Part shown: in pieces, positions 1-9,900 of the stretch | Numbering within the stretch: position 1 is the first letter of the stretch | Layout of the letters: each line of letters starts with the position of its first letter | Assembly (NCBI GenBank): GCA_938045545.1 | Contig: CALIBN010000008.1 | Coordinates: 42,631-106,630 of the forward strand | Length of the DNA: 64,000 bases | Direction of reading: 5' to 3' | DNA from: an uncultured archaeon | GTDB taxonomy: Archaea; Thermoproteota; EX4484-205; JAAOZP01 | Position numbers and translations under genes: made by a program | The notes under the pieces: model-generated | Seen by the model: only the letters and a program-made list of their open reading frames with translations | What the model was told of the DNA's origin: nothing | The model's database searches: none

Positions 1-95
1 ATGGCTGTCTTAAAATAGGCCGTTATTGCTCTCGGAGACGGGCCGAACGGGTTTTCGTTCGTGTCTAGACGAATAGGCTTTGGTGGGAATATCAT
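1..95 (-). CDS. N-terminus of HisC/CobD-like class II PLP aminotransferase (runs off left edge)
   Basis: Manual translation from ATG at 95: MIFPPKPIRLDTNENPFGPSPRAITAYFKTA; LxxNENPxGPSP is the HisC-family N-terminal motif. Not in the ORF track. Confidence 0.75.
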   Translation of the reverse strand, partial: MIFPPKPIRLDTNENPFGPSPRAITAYFKTA

Positions 96-125
96 GGGAA
101 TGAAGTTCCATTGGAAACCCACATG
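88..125. promoter_or_regulatory. Palindromic site in a divergent promoter region
   Basis: GTTCCATTGGAAAC at 105-118 (TTCCA-T-TGGAA dyad) between divergent genes, next to TTTATAA at about 126-132. Confidence 0.35.
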
Positions 126-164
126 TTTATAAGCTTTTCCCAATCCTCCTAAGATGAGGCGAGC

Positions 165-581
165 ATGCCGAAGACATACCTGCTTAAAATAGACGATAGG
201 GGTAGAATCCTGATTCCTCAAGCCGTTAGAGACCTTATGGGGCTTAGGCCCCAGTCTGAGACAGTTGGAACATATGACTCTGAGAGAAACGTTTTCACGC
301 TCATGCCCGCCCGCCAGGGCGGTAACTTCGTCAGGATAGTTTTTAAAATATCCGATCAGCCTGGCTCTTTGGCGAAGGTTGCTAACTCGCTTGCACTATC
401 GGGAATAAATCTTGTAGCAACAAGCTCAACGACCCTGGTGCCCGGTAAACTGGCTGAGTGGGAGGTTATCGCGGATGTTGAAAAGAACTATCCGTTGAAG
501 GAGCGCTTAAAAGGGGTTGTCGATAGTCTCAGGGGCATCGTGTTCGAGTTTAAAGTTGAGGAGGCCAGGGTTGAAACCTGA
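165..581 (+). CDS. AbrB/MazE-type DNA-binding domain fused to ACT domain
   Basis: N-terminal KIDDRGRILIPQAVRDLMGL (AbrB); C-terminal SDQPGSLAKVANSLALSGINL (ACT). Confidence 0.85.
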   Translation: MPKTYLLKIDDRGRILIPQAVRDLMGLRPQSETVGTYDSERNVFTLMPARQGGNFVRIVFKISDQPGSLAKVANSLALSGINLVATSSTTLVPGKLAEWEVIADVEKNYPLKERLKGVVDSLRGIVFEFKVEEARVET

Positions 582-653
582 GGTCCCTTTTTCCGGCACG
601 GTGGAAAAAGGTTTTTAAGCATCCCAGAGAATCTTTTACCGAATAAAACGTAA

Positions 654-974
654 ATGGTAGGGATAGAGGAAACGTTAGGTGAAAGGATAAAGCCGTTTGA
701 CGACAAGGAAATTTTCGAGGAGCTAAGTAAGGAGGAGCAGATAATAACCATAAGGCTTGAAGTGACCAGGTGGAACAAGCAGATGACTATAATCGAAGGC
801 ATTGATCCGAAGGAGGTGGACTTAGCCAGCCTTGCTAAGAAGCTTAAGGCTTACTGCGCATGCGGCGGGACTGTTAAGAATAATGCTATAATGCTTCAGG
901 GTGACCATAGGCAGAAGGTCTACAGCTATTTGTCTAAAAACGGCTTCTCGGAAAGAAACATAACAATACTCTAG
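654..974 (+). CDS. sui1: Translation initiation factor aIF1 (SUI1)
   Basis: MTIIEGID...LAKKLKAYCACGGTVK...LQGDHR motif. Confidence 0.95.
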   Translation: MVGIEETLGERIKPFDDKEIFEELSKEEQIITIRLEVTRWNKQMTIIEGIDPKEVDLASLAKKLKAYCACGGTVKNNAIMLQGDHRQKVYSYLSKNGFSERNITIL

Positions 975-1076
975 CCTGAGAACAAGCTAAACTGATGGGG
1001 AGAATGGTTTTCTCTTAGACTGGAGTAGGCTTGTCGATAGAAAACCTTATCTTCAACAGTAAAGTTTTCTTAAGCG

Positions 1077-1598
1077 TTGGACGCGTTTGAATGCATCTCG
1101 AAAAGGAGGAGCGTGAGGTCGTTTTTAAAGAAACCGGTTCCTAAAGAACTAGTCGACAAGGTTCTTGAAGCAGCCCTAATGGCTCCCTCAGCAGGAGACA
1201 TACATCCTTACAGGATAGTTGTCGTAACGGATGAGGGTAAAATAAGGCGGATCGCTGAGGCTGCTTTAAACCAGACATTCATATCTCAAGCCCCAATAGT
1301 GATAGTGTACTTGGTTTCGCTGGAGGAGGCTTCAGCATACGGCAAGAGGGGAGTTGAACTCTACAGTATTCTGGACGTAGGCGCGTCCATGGAGAACCTT
1401 ATGCTGGCGGCCACAAGCCTAGGGTTGTCAACATGCTGGGTTGGGGCCTTCGACGAGAGGCGGGTTGAAGAGATTCTCAACGCTCCCAAAGGATATAGGG
1501 CGGTTTCACTCACCCCCTTGGGTTATTCGGATTCAGCAGCCCGCGGGAGACCGCCGCCGGCTAGAAGCATGAAGATCCTATACGAGGGGTTCCAGTAA
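1077..1598 (+). CDS. Nitroreductase family protein
   Basis: RRSVRSF, APSAG, ENLMLAATSLGLSTCWVGAF motifs. Confidence 0.92.
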   Translation: MDAFECISKRRSVRSFLKKPVPKELVDKVLEAALMAPSAGDIHPYRIVVVTDEGKIRRIAEAALNQTFISQAPIVIVYLVSLEEASAYGKRGVELYSILDVGASMENLMLAATSLGLSTCWVGAFDERRVEEILNAPKGYRAVSLTPLGYSDSAARGRPPPARSMKILYEGFQ

Positions 1599-1599
1599 T

Positions 1600-2235
1600 A
1601 TGGGTGCCAAAGGGTTCAGGGATGTGGCTGAGGTGCTAAACCGGTTAAGCGTGTTGGGAGAGCAGGATGCTGTCCGGGAGATGGCTGCCTTGTTTAAAAA
1701 GGTTGACGCCGATTGCCTCGAAACCCTTCTCAGGATAATGAGGATGGATTTCGGAGAGGCTTCGCGGCTTATCGGGACACACTTGTTGAGGAGAATAGTT
1801 TCAGAAGCCGTGGCCGAAATAACTCTTCTTAGACAGGATGAGGCTGAAGGATTAGTGCAATCCGGAAGGCTGAGGGATGTTTTAAGCAGGAGGAGCAGCA
1901 TACTTCTCGAAAAAGGATTGAGCATAGACCAGGCTTATCTGGGAATGCTCGAAGCTTGCAGGATGAGTGGGAAGAGCAGCATCGGCTTCAAGGTTAAAAG
2001 CTTAATAGGGCTTCTCAATAAAGCTTCAGACGAGGAGGCTTTTCTCATCGTAAACATGCTGATGGGTAGGCAGGAGCCTGTGGATGACAGACTTATTTTA
2101 AAGGCTTTGGGCGAAGCATTCCATGGTTCAGCCGCCGCTGGCATAGGAATGATGGGCGGGGAGGCTGGCCTGAAAGACATTTATAAGGTGGCGCTACAGG
2201 TGGTTAAAAATGCGGGACGAGCCGACTCAGGCTAA
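1600..2235 (+). CDS. Stand-alone DNA ligase N-terminal DNA-binding-domain homologue
   Basis: LSIDQAY..MLEAC.MSGKSS..FKVKSLIGLLNKASDEEAFLIV.MLMG...ILKALGEAF resembles the archaeal Lig N-terminal domain; no KxDG adenylation motif. Confidence 0.65.
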   Translation: MGAKGFRDVAEVLNRLSVLGEQDAVREMAALFKKVDADCLETLLRIMRMDFGEASRLIGTHLLRRIVSEAVAEITLLRQDEAEGLVQSGRLRDVLSRRSSILLEKGLSIDQAYLGMLEACRMSGKSSIGFKVKSLIGLLNKASDEEAFLIVNMLMGRQEPVDDRLILKALGEAFHGSAAAGIGMMGGEAGLKDIYKVALQVVKNAGRADSG

Positions 2236-2413
2236 AAAAGAAGCATGTGAAAGGATTGAGCAGACAATAAAGTGTGCTGAAGAGTTATCAAAGATTGTTC
2301 AGAGCCTGAATACTGCTTTATCGCGTGGAGACTTCGAAGAGCTAAGGGAAATATTAAGCAAGGTTAAACTGCGCATATCGGAATTGGAAAGCCATCTAAA
2401 CATGCTTGACTAA
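2210..2413 (+). CDS. Small helical/coiled-coil hypothetical protein
   Basis: 67-aa ORF overlapping the upstream gene end; amphipathic heptad pattern. Confidence 0.6.
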   Translation: MRDEPTQAKKEACERIEQTIKCAEELSKIVQSLNTALSRGDFEELREILSKVKLRISELESHLNMLD

Positions 2414-2502
2414 AACTGAATTTTGTTTCAACTTGAAGAGGACATGCTTTTGCCACGCGTCCTCTCCGAGTAAAATTTAATAGGTTTCCAAGATTTTTTA
2501 AA

Positions 2503-2784
2503 ATGGTGGTCTCAATGTCTGAAGTTGAGGCAAAGATTGATGAGTGCATAGCTGAGTTGAAGCCTTACAGGATGTTCTCCTCAGAGGCCAGTAGCGCTAT
2601 AAAAGGCTTAGAAAATCTTAAGGAACAGTTGAAAAACATTACAAGGGAAAACATTGATGAAATTATAAAGGGTGTAGAGGAAGGATACCGGGGAAGCCTG
2701 GCGTATGCGAATTATATCCCTAAGACGGTTGAGAACCTCAGGTTCATAAAGGAGTATCTTGAGAAGATGAAGGCCTCCCTCTAG
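2503..2784 (+). CDS. Hypothetical helical protein
   Basis: 93-aa ORF with TATA-like TTTAATA upstream and a T7 tract downstream (2814-2820). Confidence 0.7.
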   Translation: MVVSMSEVEAKIDECIAELKPYRMFSSEASSAIKGLENLKEQLKNITRENIDEIIKGVEEGYRGSLAYANYIPKTVENLRFIKEYLEKMKASL

Positions 2785-2892
2785 TTGTAGCGACAAGACT
2801 GTAAAGCCCAGCCTTTTTTTAATTACGTTCATACATGGGTCGCAAGGAGAAACAGTTTAAGCTTTTTAAGCCTGTTTCCAAGTGAAGATTCT

Positions 2893-3936
2893 ATGAGGCA
2901 GGTTAAGTTCGGCGTAGCTGGTGCCGGAGTTGGTGCCAACTTTGCCCTCCGCGCCATGAAGCTCCTGGAGGAGAAGGAGGGTATTGTCAAAGCAGTTGCC
3001 GTATGCGACGTTGTTGAGGATTTAGCTAAAAAGACGGCTGAGGAGTTCGGGGTAAAGTATTTTATCAACTATAGGGATTTATTAGTCAAGGAGAGGGTTG
3101 ACGCGGTTTTCATTTCAACACCACACTATCTGCATTTCCCCATGACTTTAGAGGCCCTAGAGGCTGGTGTAAACGTGCTTGTTGACAAACCCATGGCCAT
3201 AAACGTCAGGGAGGCTGATGAGATGATAAGGAGGGCTAGGAGGGCTGGTGTGAAGTTGGGTGTAAACCTTCAGGGCAGGTTTGACCCCAGTGTTATCAAG
3301 ATAAAGGAGGCGGTGGACAGCGGTAGGCTGGGCAGGCTTTTCTACGGGGAGGCAACCGTCAAATGGTTCAGGACGAGGGAATACTATGATAAAAGCCCTT
3401 GGAGGGGGAGATGGGCTACCGAGGGGGGTGGGGCACTGATAAACCAGGCCATTCACACTCTAGACCAGCTTGTCTGGATCATGGGTCCTGTTGAATATCT
3501 TTGGGCCCAGTGCAGCACTGTTTTCCACAACATAGAGGTTGAGGACCTGGCTGTTGCCACCCTAAGGTTTAAGAACGGCGCTTTAGGCCTTGTTCAGGCG
3601 AGCACAGCCCTTTATCCCGGTTTCCCAACTGGGCTTGAGTTCTACGGGACGAATGGCACAGCCATCTTAGAGGGGGAGGTGATTAAACTATTAGACATAA
3701 AGGGGGAGAAACCGTATTCTGAGAAGGAGGCTAAGGTAGGACTTGAGACCTGGGCTAGGCCGGAGGCAGCGCCCCCGTTGAACCACGCCGCATCTATAAG
3801 GGACTTTGCCCAAGCCATCCTTGATGACAGGGAGCCGAAGGTTTCTGGCGAGGAGGGGAGAAAGTCTATTGAAATCGTCAACGCTATCTACAAGTCCAGT
3901 AAGAATAGCGAGGCAGTGAAGCTCCCGCTGACGTGA
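2893..3936 (+). CDS. Gfo/Idh/MocA family oxidoreductase
   Basis: GxGxxG, STPHYLH, VDKP, GGGALINQAIHTLD motifs. Confidence 0.93.
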   Translation: MRQVKFGVAGAGVGANFALRAMKLLEEKEGIVKAVAVCDVVEDLAKKTAEEFGVKYFINYRDLLVKERVDAVFISTPHYLHFPMTLEALEAGVNVLVDKPMAINVREADEMIRRARRAGVKLGVNLQGRFDPSVIKIKEAVDSGRLGRLFYGEATVKWFRTREYYDKSPWRGRWATEGGGALINQAIHTLDQLVWIMGPVEYLWAQCSTVFHNIEVEDLAVATLRFKNGALGLVQASTALYPGFPTGLEFYGTNGTAILEGEVIKLLDIKGEKPYSEKEAKVGLETWARPEAAPPLNHAASIRDFAQAILDDREPKVSGEEGRKSIEIVNAIYKSSKNSEAVKLPLT

Positions 3937-3960
3937 TTTAAACCGTTAGGGATTCGAGGC

Positions 3961-4857
3961 TTATTCCAAGTCGAGCTTCAAGACTCTCGCAGCGTTTCTA
4001 TACATTATTTTATCATAGGTTTTTCGCGATATTTTTCCTTCTTCTCTCAGGCTGCGAAGGTATTTCAGTTGGGGTATGTTTTGATCCGGCATGTCTAAGT
4101 CTGTTCCAAACATCAACCTATCCTGAAACTCCTCTAAGAACTGGACTCCGAACTCCGGGTCTCTAGAGATAGCGTTGTATCCGCTGCCAGCTGAAAGATC
4201 CCCGTAAAGGTTTTGATAGGTTCTGAACAGGTCGACGACCCTGCCGCCTGGAGCAACCCTGCCAGCTGGGTAACTGTTCCTCTCCTCCGGCTTAACGTCT
4301 CCAGATATCTCCGCCCAGAATGGTTGAGAGTGTCCTATGAATATCAGGCTTGGAAACATTTTTAAACACTTCTCAAGCCTAGGCAGGCCGGGTTCGTCAA
4401 CAAGCCCGTAGCAGCCACCCAGGTGGGGACCGATATGGAATATTACGGGGAGCTCTAGTTCCTCACAAATCCTGAAGAGGCACAGGGCCCTCGGGTCGTC
4501 AAAGTATATGTTGGCAGTTATTTCGCCAACGCCTTTGCATCCTTCGCTTTTATACTCCTCGATTATGAATCTCAGGCTTTTCTCCGAGCCAGCGTTTAGC
4601 CTCGGATCCGGATTGCAGAAAGGGATTAGCCTACCCCCATATTTCTTGCAGAACTCCATAACATCTCTGTTGGTCACAGGCTCTATAGTGCTTTCCGGGC
4701 TTGGCAGTGGGAGAATCACCGTCATGTCTATCCCCTCTTCCTCCATCCTTTTAACGAGTTCAGACACCGTTATCCATGGTATGTACTGGTCTTTAACCGG
4801 ATCGTAGGTAAGCCAGCTTTGTTTAGGGGAACAGTGCGCGTGAATATCAATAATCAT
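3961..4857 (-). CDS. Amidohydrolase_2 family metal-dependent hydrolase
   Basis: IIDIHAH start (ATG 4857), PVIFH, FIGH, LMFGTD motifs. Confidence 0.88.
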   Translation of the reverse strand: MIIDIHAHCSPKQSWLTYDPVKDQYIPWITVSELVKRMEEEGIDMTVILPLPSPESTIEPVTNRDVMEFCKKYGGRLIPFCNPDPRLNAGSEKSLRFIIEEYKSEGCKGVGEITANIYFDDPRALCLFRICEELELPVIFHIGPHLGGCYGLVDEPGLPRLEKCLKMFPSLIFIGHSQPFWAEISGDVKPEERNSYPAGRVAPGGRVVDLFRTYQNLYGDLSAGSGYNAISRDPEFGVQFLEEFQDRLMFGTDLDMPDQNIPQLKYLRSLREEGKISRKTYDKIMYRNAARVLKLDLE

Positions 4858-5061
4858 GTTCACAGTCTGGCGAAGCAACTTATTTAAGCATTCGGTCTGA
4901 AGTTTCAAAAGAAGATGCGCACATCCCTAGGTATTGTTTTCAGGCACCTGTGAATGCTGGTCGCCTTCAGAATCGCAGTATTCGCGATCAGGGTGAAAGA
5001 AATGGGAGCGGAAATATTTAATATCTGCTGAAGCAGTGTAACGATTGTTTAAAGGTAGGGA

Positions 5062-6383
5062 AGCGGCTTAGCTCTCTTAGGAGGTCCGAAGACTGTCAGG
5101 TCTGAACATGGAGACATATTCGCTTGGCCAATTATAACTAGCGAGGTTGAGAATGCTGTTTTAGAAGTACTTCGCGCCGGGAAAATGTCAAACATAGATG
5201 TGACTCAAAAATTCGAGGGGGAGTTCGCCCTATGCTGGGCTTGGAATATGCGCTTGCACATAGCACTGGAACCGCTGCTCTACCCAGCGCGATGTTAGGC
5301 ATAGGGATAGGGAAGGGGGACGAGATCATTTGTCCAAGCATCACTTACTGGGCCTCCTGCCTACAGGTCTACTCGCTCGGTGGAACAGTCATCTTCGCCG
5401 ACATTGATCCCGAAACGCTCTGCATCGATCCTGAGGATATTGAACGCTGGGTTACTCCGAGAACTAAGGCGATAATGGTTGTCCACTACTTGGGAATGCT
5501 GGTAGATATGGATGGATAACGAAGATAGCTGAGAGAAACGGCTTGATGGTGATTGAGTATTGTTCTGACACTCACGGTGCTCTCTACAAGGTTAGAATGG
5601 CTGGAACTTGAGATGCTGCAGGCTTCTCACTAATGTCCGGAAAATCACTGCCTTGCGGCGAGGGAGGAATGATGACTACGAACGACAGGCGGGTTTATGA
5701 AAGGGCTTTGGCCTTCGGCCATTACGAGCGCCACGGGTTCGCCTTAGCGGTGGAAGACCTTAAATGTGGAGCAGGGCTGCCCTGGGGAGGATACAAGTAT
5801 TAGGATGCACCAGTTGACTTCGGCAGTCGACGTGTCCGGTTGAAGCATTACCCGGAGCTTATGGCTGAGATAGATAAAGCCATGAACTACTTCTGGGACC
5901 TGCTTGAAGGAGTCCCCGGAATCAGGAGCCATAGGCCTCCGAAAGACTCCGGGTCAACCAAGGGTGGGTGGTACGCACCCCACGGCATCTACCGTCCGGA
6001 GGAGTTGGGAGGCCTATCTGTTCAAAGGTTCTGCGAAGCAGTAAGGGCAGAGGGAGCCCCATGCTACCCGGGCTGCAACCTCCCGCTGCATTTACACCCA
6101 TTGCTCAACGAGATAGATGTCTACAACCAGGGTAGTCGACGCGCATAACGAATTCTCCCCCGGGTGTTGACGTGAGGCAGCCGCCGGGTAGCCTACCGGT
6201 TTCAGAGAGCGTGCAGGAACGGGTGTTACCGTCCCATGGTTCAAGCATTACAGGCCTAAGATCATTGAAGAGTATGCTCAAGCATTCAGGAAGGTTGCTG
6301 AAAACTACACGGATCTTCTGCCGGGTGACTCTGCACGCGGCGTGCATATCGGATGGAGCACCTTCTGGATGGCAGGGAGGTGA
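5062..6383 (+). pseudogene. DegT/DnrJ/EryC1/StrS aminotransferase pseudogene
   Basis: Pieces in several frames: LALLGGPKTV..WP, STGTAAL, GDEIICPS, FADIDPETL, GFSLMSGKSL..GEGG, PWFKHY; multiple frameshifts and stops. Confidence 0.85.
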
Positions 6384-6481
6384 AGCAAAAACCGGTAATC
6401 AGCGTGATAAACAGGTGAAGTGGAAACAAGGATCCGAATGAAGATGGTTGCATTCTGGGGCATTATGGTTCTCCACTAAAG

Positions 6482-7282
6482 TTAATACCAGCCTACTCTT
6501 TTCATCACTTCAAGCAAGTCGTCTCCACGTATAACGATTGTTCGAGCGTCAAGGCGTTCTATGCCCGGCGTTCTGAATTGAATATCCGCGTAATTCGGAT
6601 GTGAATACTCGATTTTCAGAGTCACAGGCGGGTTGATTCTGAAAGGCTTAAAATCTTCAGCGTTTCGAACAGCCTTCTCAGCGGTTTCTCGGATAAGCTT
6701 CCTGCTCCGGGCTGGCGGCAGGCAAGCCGCAAAGTTTCTACTAAACCCTTCTTTCACAACAACGGTTTCAACCCTGCCTAATAGAGTCTTAGCCTCCTGG
6801 GCTGCCATTCTGCAACCGCTCACCAGACCCACGGGCACTTCGAAATACCCCAGTATAGCTGCGTCTATCCCGATTTCGCCAACCCGCTTCTCGTTTATGT
6901 AGGCGTTGACTATTACCCTAGTGGCCATCGTGTGGTCTAGAACCGCACCCTCTGTCCCAGCCATAGCGTGGTAGCCTATCATGAACGCTAGGCTAAAGCT
7001 CCTGTCGAGCCCAGCCATTCTACATGGCCTAGGTCCTCCTGTAACGTATTTCGCCTCCTCGTGCAGCTCCTCCGGCACAAGGTTGAAACCGTTTCGCGCC
7101 CCATGCAGGTCGTTAACAAGGACTTCTGAAGCACCTCCCTCCAAGGCTCCTTCAACAGCAGCGTTCACGTCTCTAGTTAGAAGGAGGCATGCCTCCTCGT
7201 ACTCTCTGCTCCCGGGTTTAGTCTGCTGCTCGCGGACCACGTAGCTGGCGCCCTCCATGTCGGCCAGAACGTAAACCTTCAT
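6482..7282 (-). CDS. dppA: D-aminopeptidase DppA (peptidase M55)
   Basis: MKVYVLADMEG, VNDLHG, IGYHA, DHT, GEIG motifs. Confidence 0.9.
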   Translation of the reverse strand: MKVYVLADMEGASYVVREQQTKPGSREYEEACLLLTRDVNAAVEGALEGGASEVLVNDLHGARNGFNLVPEELHEEAKYVTGGPRPCRMAGLDRSFSLAFMIGYHAMAGTEGAVLDHTMATRVIVNAYINEKRVGEIGIDAAILGYFEVPVGLVSGCRMAAQEAKTLLGRVETVVVKEGFSRNFAACLPPARSRKLIRETAEKAVRNAEDFKPFRINPPVTLKIEYSHPNYADIQFRTPGIERLDARTIVIRGDDLLEVMKRVGWY

Positions 7283-7372
7283 ATAAACCACCAATTATAA
7301 TGTTTTTCGAAGTATTTAAGGGTTTGTGAGGCTTGATGAAAATTTAAGCCGGCTGTCAGCATGAGTTAAAAC

Positions 7373-8770
7373 TCAGGTAGAACGCTTAATCTTCTGAATT
7401 AGACTGGTTCTTAAGGCTCGCTTTTTATACAGGATTGCTGCTGCGCATGCGGCGAAACATATTAAGGCTATTGTCAATAGTTTAACGTAATCTATTCTCC
7501 AAACAGCCTTTATCATCCTAGACTCGTCAACGTAGATTTCAACAGTCCTCTCGTCTATAATCCTGTCCTTAGGGCCCAGTCCTTCGAAATGGTCGAAAAC
7601 ATAGAAGCCCCAGCTTGTAATATTAATCCCTACAGGTGCATAAGTACCCTCGTCATACCAGCCTGCGCCGAAAGCGTTTCCATATTCAGTCTCAACAGTA
7701 ACATAGTGCTTCTCAGAGATCAACGCGTTTAAAAGCTCTGTTCTCCACTCTCCCTTATCTGGGTCGTAGGCTCCGAAGCCTGCACAGAACTCCCAGTAGC
7801 ACCAGGCTATTCCCCTCTTCTCCGCCTCTCTCGCAACGAAACGTGTCCATCTCACTCTCGAATCCATGTCTGCTTTACTGTATGCTCCGAACTCGCCCAT
7901 TAAAAGGGAAACGTTGCCGTGCTGCATCGCCCATTCGACAGCCATGTTCAACTCATCCGTAATCTGTTTCTTCTCACCCTGGGTTCCAAGCCATTTCCTG
8001 CCGACGGCGGGAGAGGGACTGACCCATTCCGCCCCCTGATGGGTAAATTCGAAGGGGGTGTAAAAGTGGAAGGTGACGATAATGTTCTCGTCCTCGGGAA
8101 TCACTAGTCCCTTAAGATTGTAAACGCTGTTCCACCCTGTTGGACCTACGATTATTTTTCTCGTAGGGTTAGTTCTTCTTATTATTTCGACAGTCTCCCT
8201 GATAAGCATGTTCCATCTCTCATCAGTCAGCTCGCCGTAAGGCTCGTTTAGAAGCTCGAAGAAAAGCGTTTCAGGATAATCCTTATAATGTTCAGATATC
8301 TGGCTCCACAAGGCTTTGAAACGATCTCTGTGGCCCAAGGGGTCTTGCATTATCTCCTCATAGTGGTGAATGTTTATTATGGTGATAAGACCCTGTTCCA
8401 GGGACCTGTTCACAACCCTATCCACCCTGTTGAAGAAGTCTTTATCGATCCCATAAGGCGGGTTGTTCTCAGCATGAGCCGACCATCTTATTGGTATTCG
8501 AACAGTGTCGAAGCCGGCTTCTCTTATTATCCTGAAATACTCGTCCCTAATGTAAACTCCCCACTCACCCTCCCTGGGTGCTTCCAAAGCATTCCCAATG
8601 TTTATTCCCCTGCGCATCCCGGATTCCACAACGGCTTCTTCAAACCGATAATCGTAAGCTGGCTGCGTTTGCTCACCATCTCTCCTCGTGCTAACAGGGT
8701 AGAATATTGTTAAGAAAAGTAAACTAAACAATAAGACGTATGATTCAAGCCTCTTTTCAAGTAGGGCCAT
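7373..8770 (-). CDS. Membrane-anchored GH5 endoglucanase/cellulase
   Basis: RGINIGNALEAP, RIPIRW, IHH, ELLNEP (acid/base), HFY, MGEFG (nucleophile); N-terminal hydrophobic segment and C-terminal TM followed by basic residues. Start estimated at ATG 8770. Confidence 0.92.
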   Translation of the reverse strand: MALLEKRLESYVLLFSLLFLTIFYPVSTRRDGEQTQPAYDYRFEEAVVESGMRRGINIGNALEAPREGEWGVYIRDEYFRIIREAGFDTVRIPIRWSAHAENNPPYGIDKDFFNRVDRVVNRSLEQGLITIINIHHYEEIMQDPLGHRDRFKALWSQISEHYKDYPETLFFELLNEPYGELTDERWNMLIRETVEIIRRTNPTRKIIVGPTGWNSVYNLKGLVIPEDENIIVTFHFYTPFEFTHQGAEWVSPSPAVGRKWLGTQGEKKQITDELNMAVEWAMQHGNVSLLMGEFGAYSKADMDSRVRWTRFVAREAEKRGIAWCYWEFCAGFGAYDPDKGEWRTELLNALISEKHYVTVETEYGNAFGAGWYDEGTYAPVGINITSWGFYVFDHFEGLGPKDRIIDERTVEIYVDESRMIKAVWRIDYVKLLTIALICFAACAAAILYKKRALRTSLIQKIKRST

Positions 8771-8795
8771 CTCTAGACTTCTCTGCTGAAAATCT

Positions 8796-9167
8796 TTAAA
8801 AATCTTGTTCTCGGGCAATGAAAGATATTTTCTCAATTCTTCCAGCATTCGGATTAATATTCACATTCACCACCACTTCTTTTTCTGCATAGTAAAAATA
8901 TGCTTTGAAGTATCGGCTTGTTTCATCGAAAGGGTATTTCTCCGTCATGACCAGGACTACCTGGAATTCGTATTCTATAGGTCTACTTGTAAGCCTGTTC
9001 CTACTTAATACCTGCACGATTCTCTGCCCCAGCTCGCTCGTCGCGTTAATAATCGAGACCCTTACATATGTACTTGGTAATATCCAAATATTTGACGCGT
9101 TATTCTTTAACCATGCTTCACCCATACTGTAAGTATATCCTGGATCATACGGGCTTTTTAGTTCCAA
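8796..9167 (-). CDS. Hypothetical protein, possibly the 3' fragment of a broken low-GC gene
   Basis: AT-rich ORF with TTG start; open sequence in another frame upstream to about 9320. Confidence 0.4.
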   Translation of the reverse strand: MELKSPYDPGYTYSMGEAWLKNNASNIWILPSTYVRVSIINATSELGQRIVQVLSRNRLTSRPIEYEFQVVLVMTEKYPFDETSRYFKAYFYYAEKEVVVNVNINPNAGRIEKISFIAREQDF

Positions 9168-9900
9168 CTATCGTACTTACAATAAACCCATCACCATATT
9201 TATAAATATATGTGCAAACTCTATCAGTCTTATTCCCTCCCTGAGGAATAACTGCAGCTCCCTTGACGCGTTAGAATTAGACACCAACTTATAGGTTTCT
9301 TTAAGAGTTAAGAGCATGATGCTTCAATCCCATCAACCAGCAGTTCTATTAGGAGAAAACAAAGCTGAGAATATTATGCGGCGAATATGATTCACGTTTA
9401 CTACCTACTCTGTACGAGTATCACGAATAGTTAAAAAAGCTGAATGTTGAACACGAATTCGTCATGGTAAAGGAAACGGGACATGATTATCGAGAAATAT
9501 TTGAGGGCTATGGGCAAGGTGTTTTCACATTCTGGACCAACCCTTTAGAGACTTGAGGTAATAACTTAAAGTATTGCGCGCCAAACCGAGTATTTTCAAT
9601 CCTCCGTGCAGATTGCTCTTAAGAAACCCGAATCGGTACATGACATGGTTGTCGGCGAGGACCGTATGCCTGCAAAGGTGCTCTAGCATGGACGTGAGCA
9701 AGAAGCGAAAATACAATACCTTCCCGATGCAAAACAGTGAAGCAGGTTCAGGGTAAGTGGGTCGATGAATTTCAGGCATTTGAGAAAAGATCAGATGCAC
9801 CATATATAGATGGGGGGCTGGACTAAAGAATCCCTGAACATTCACCTTAGACTCGATTAATCTAAGGCTGTTGAAGCCTTCGCGGTTTCTGAGCTAGTTG

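Noticed and set aside
105-118. ORB-like GTTCCATTGGAAAC as a replication origin
   Set aside because: Single copy, no G-string, no AT-rich unwinding element, and 32 kb from cdc6.
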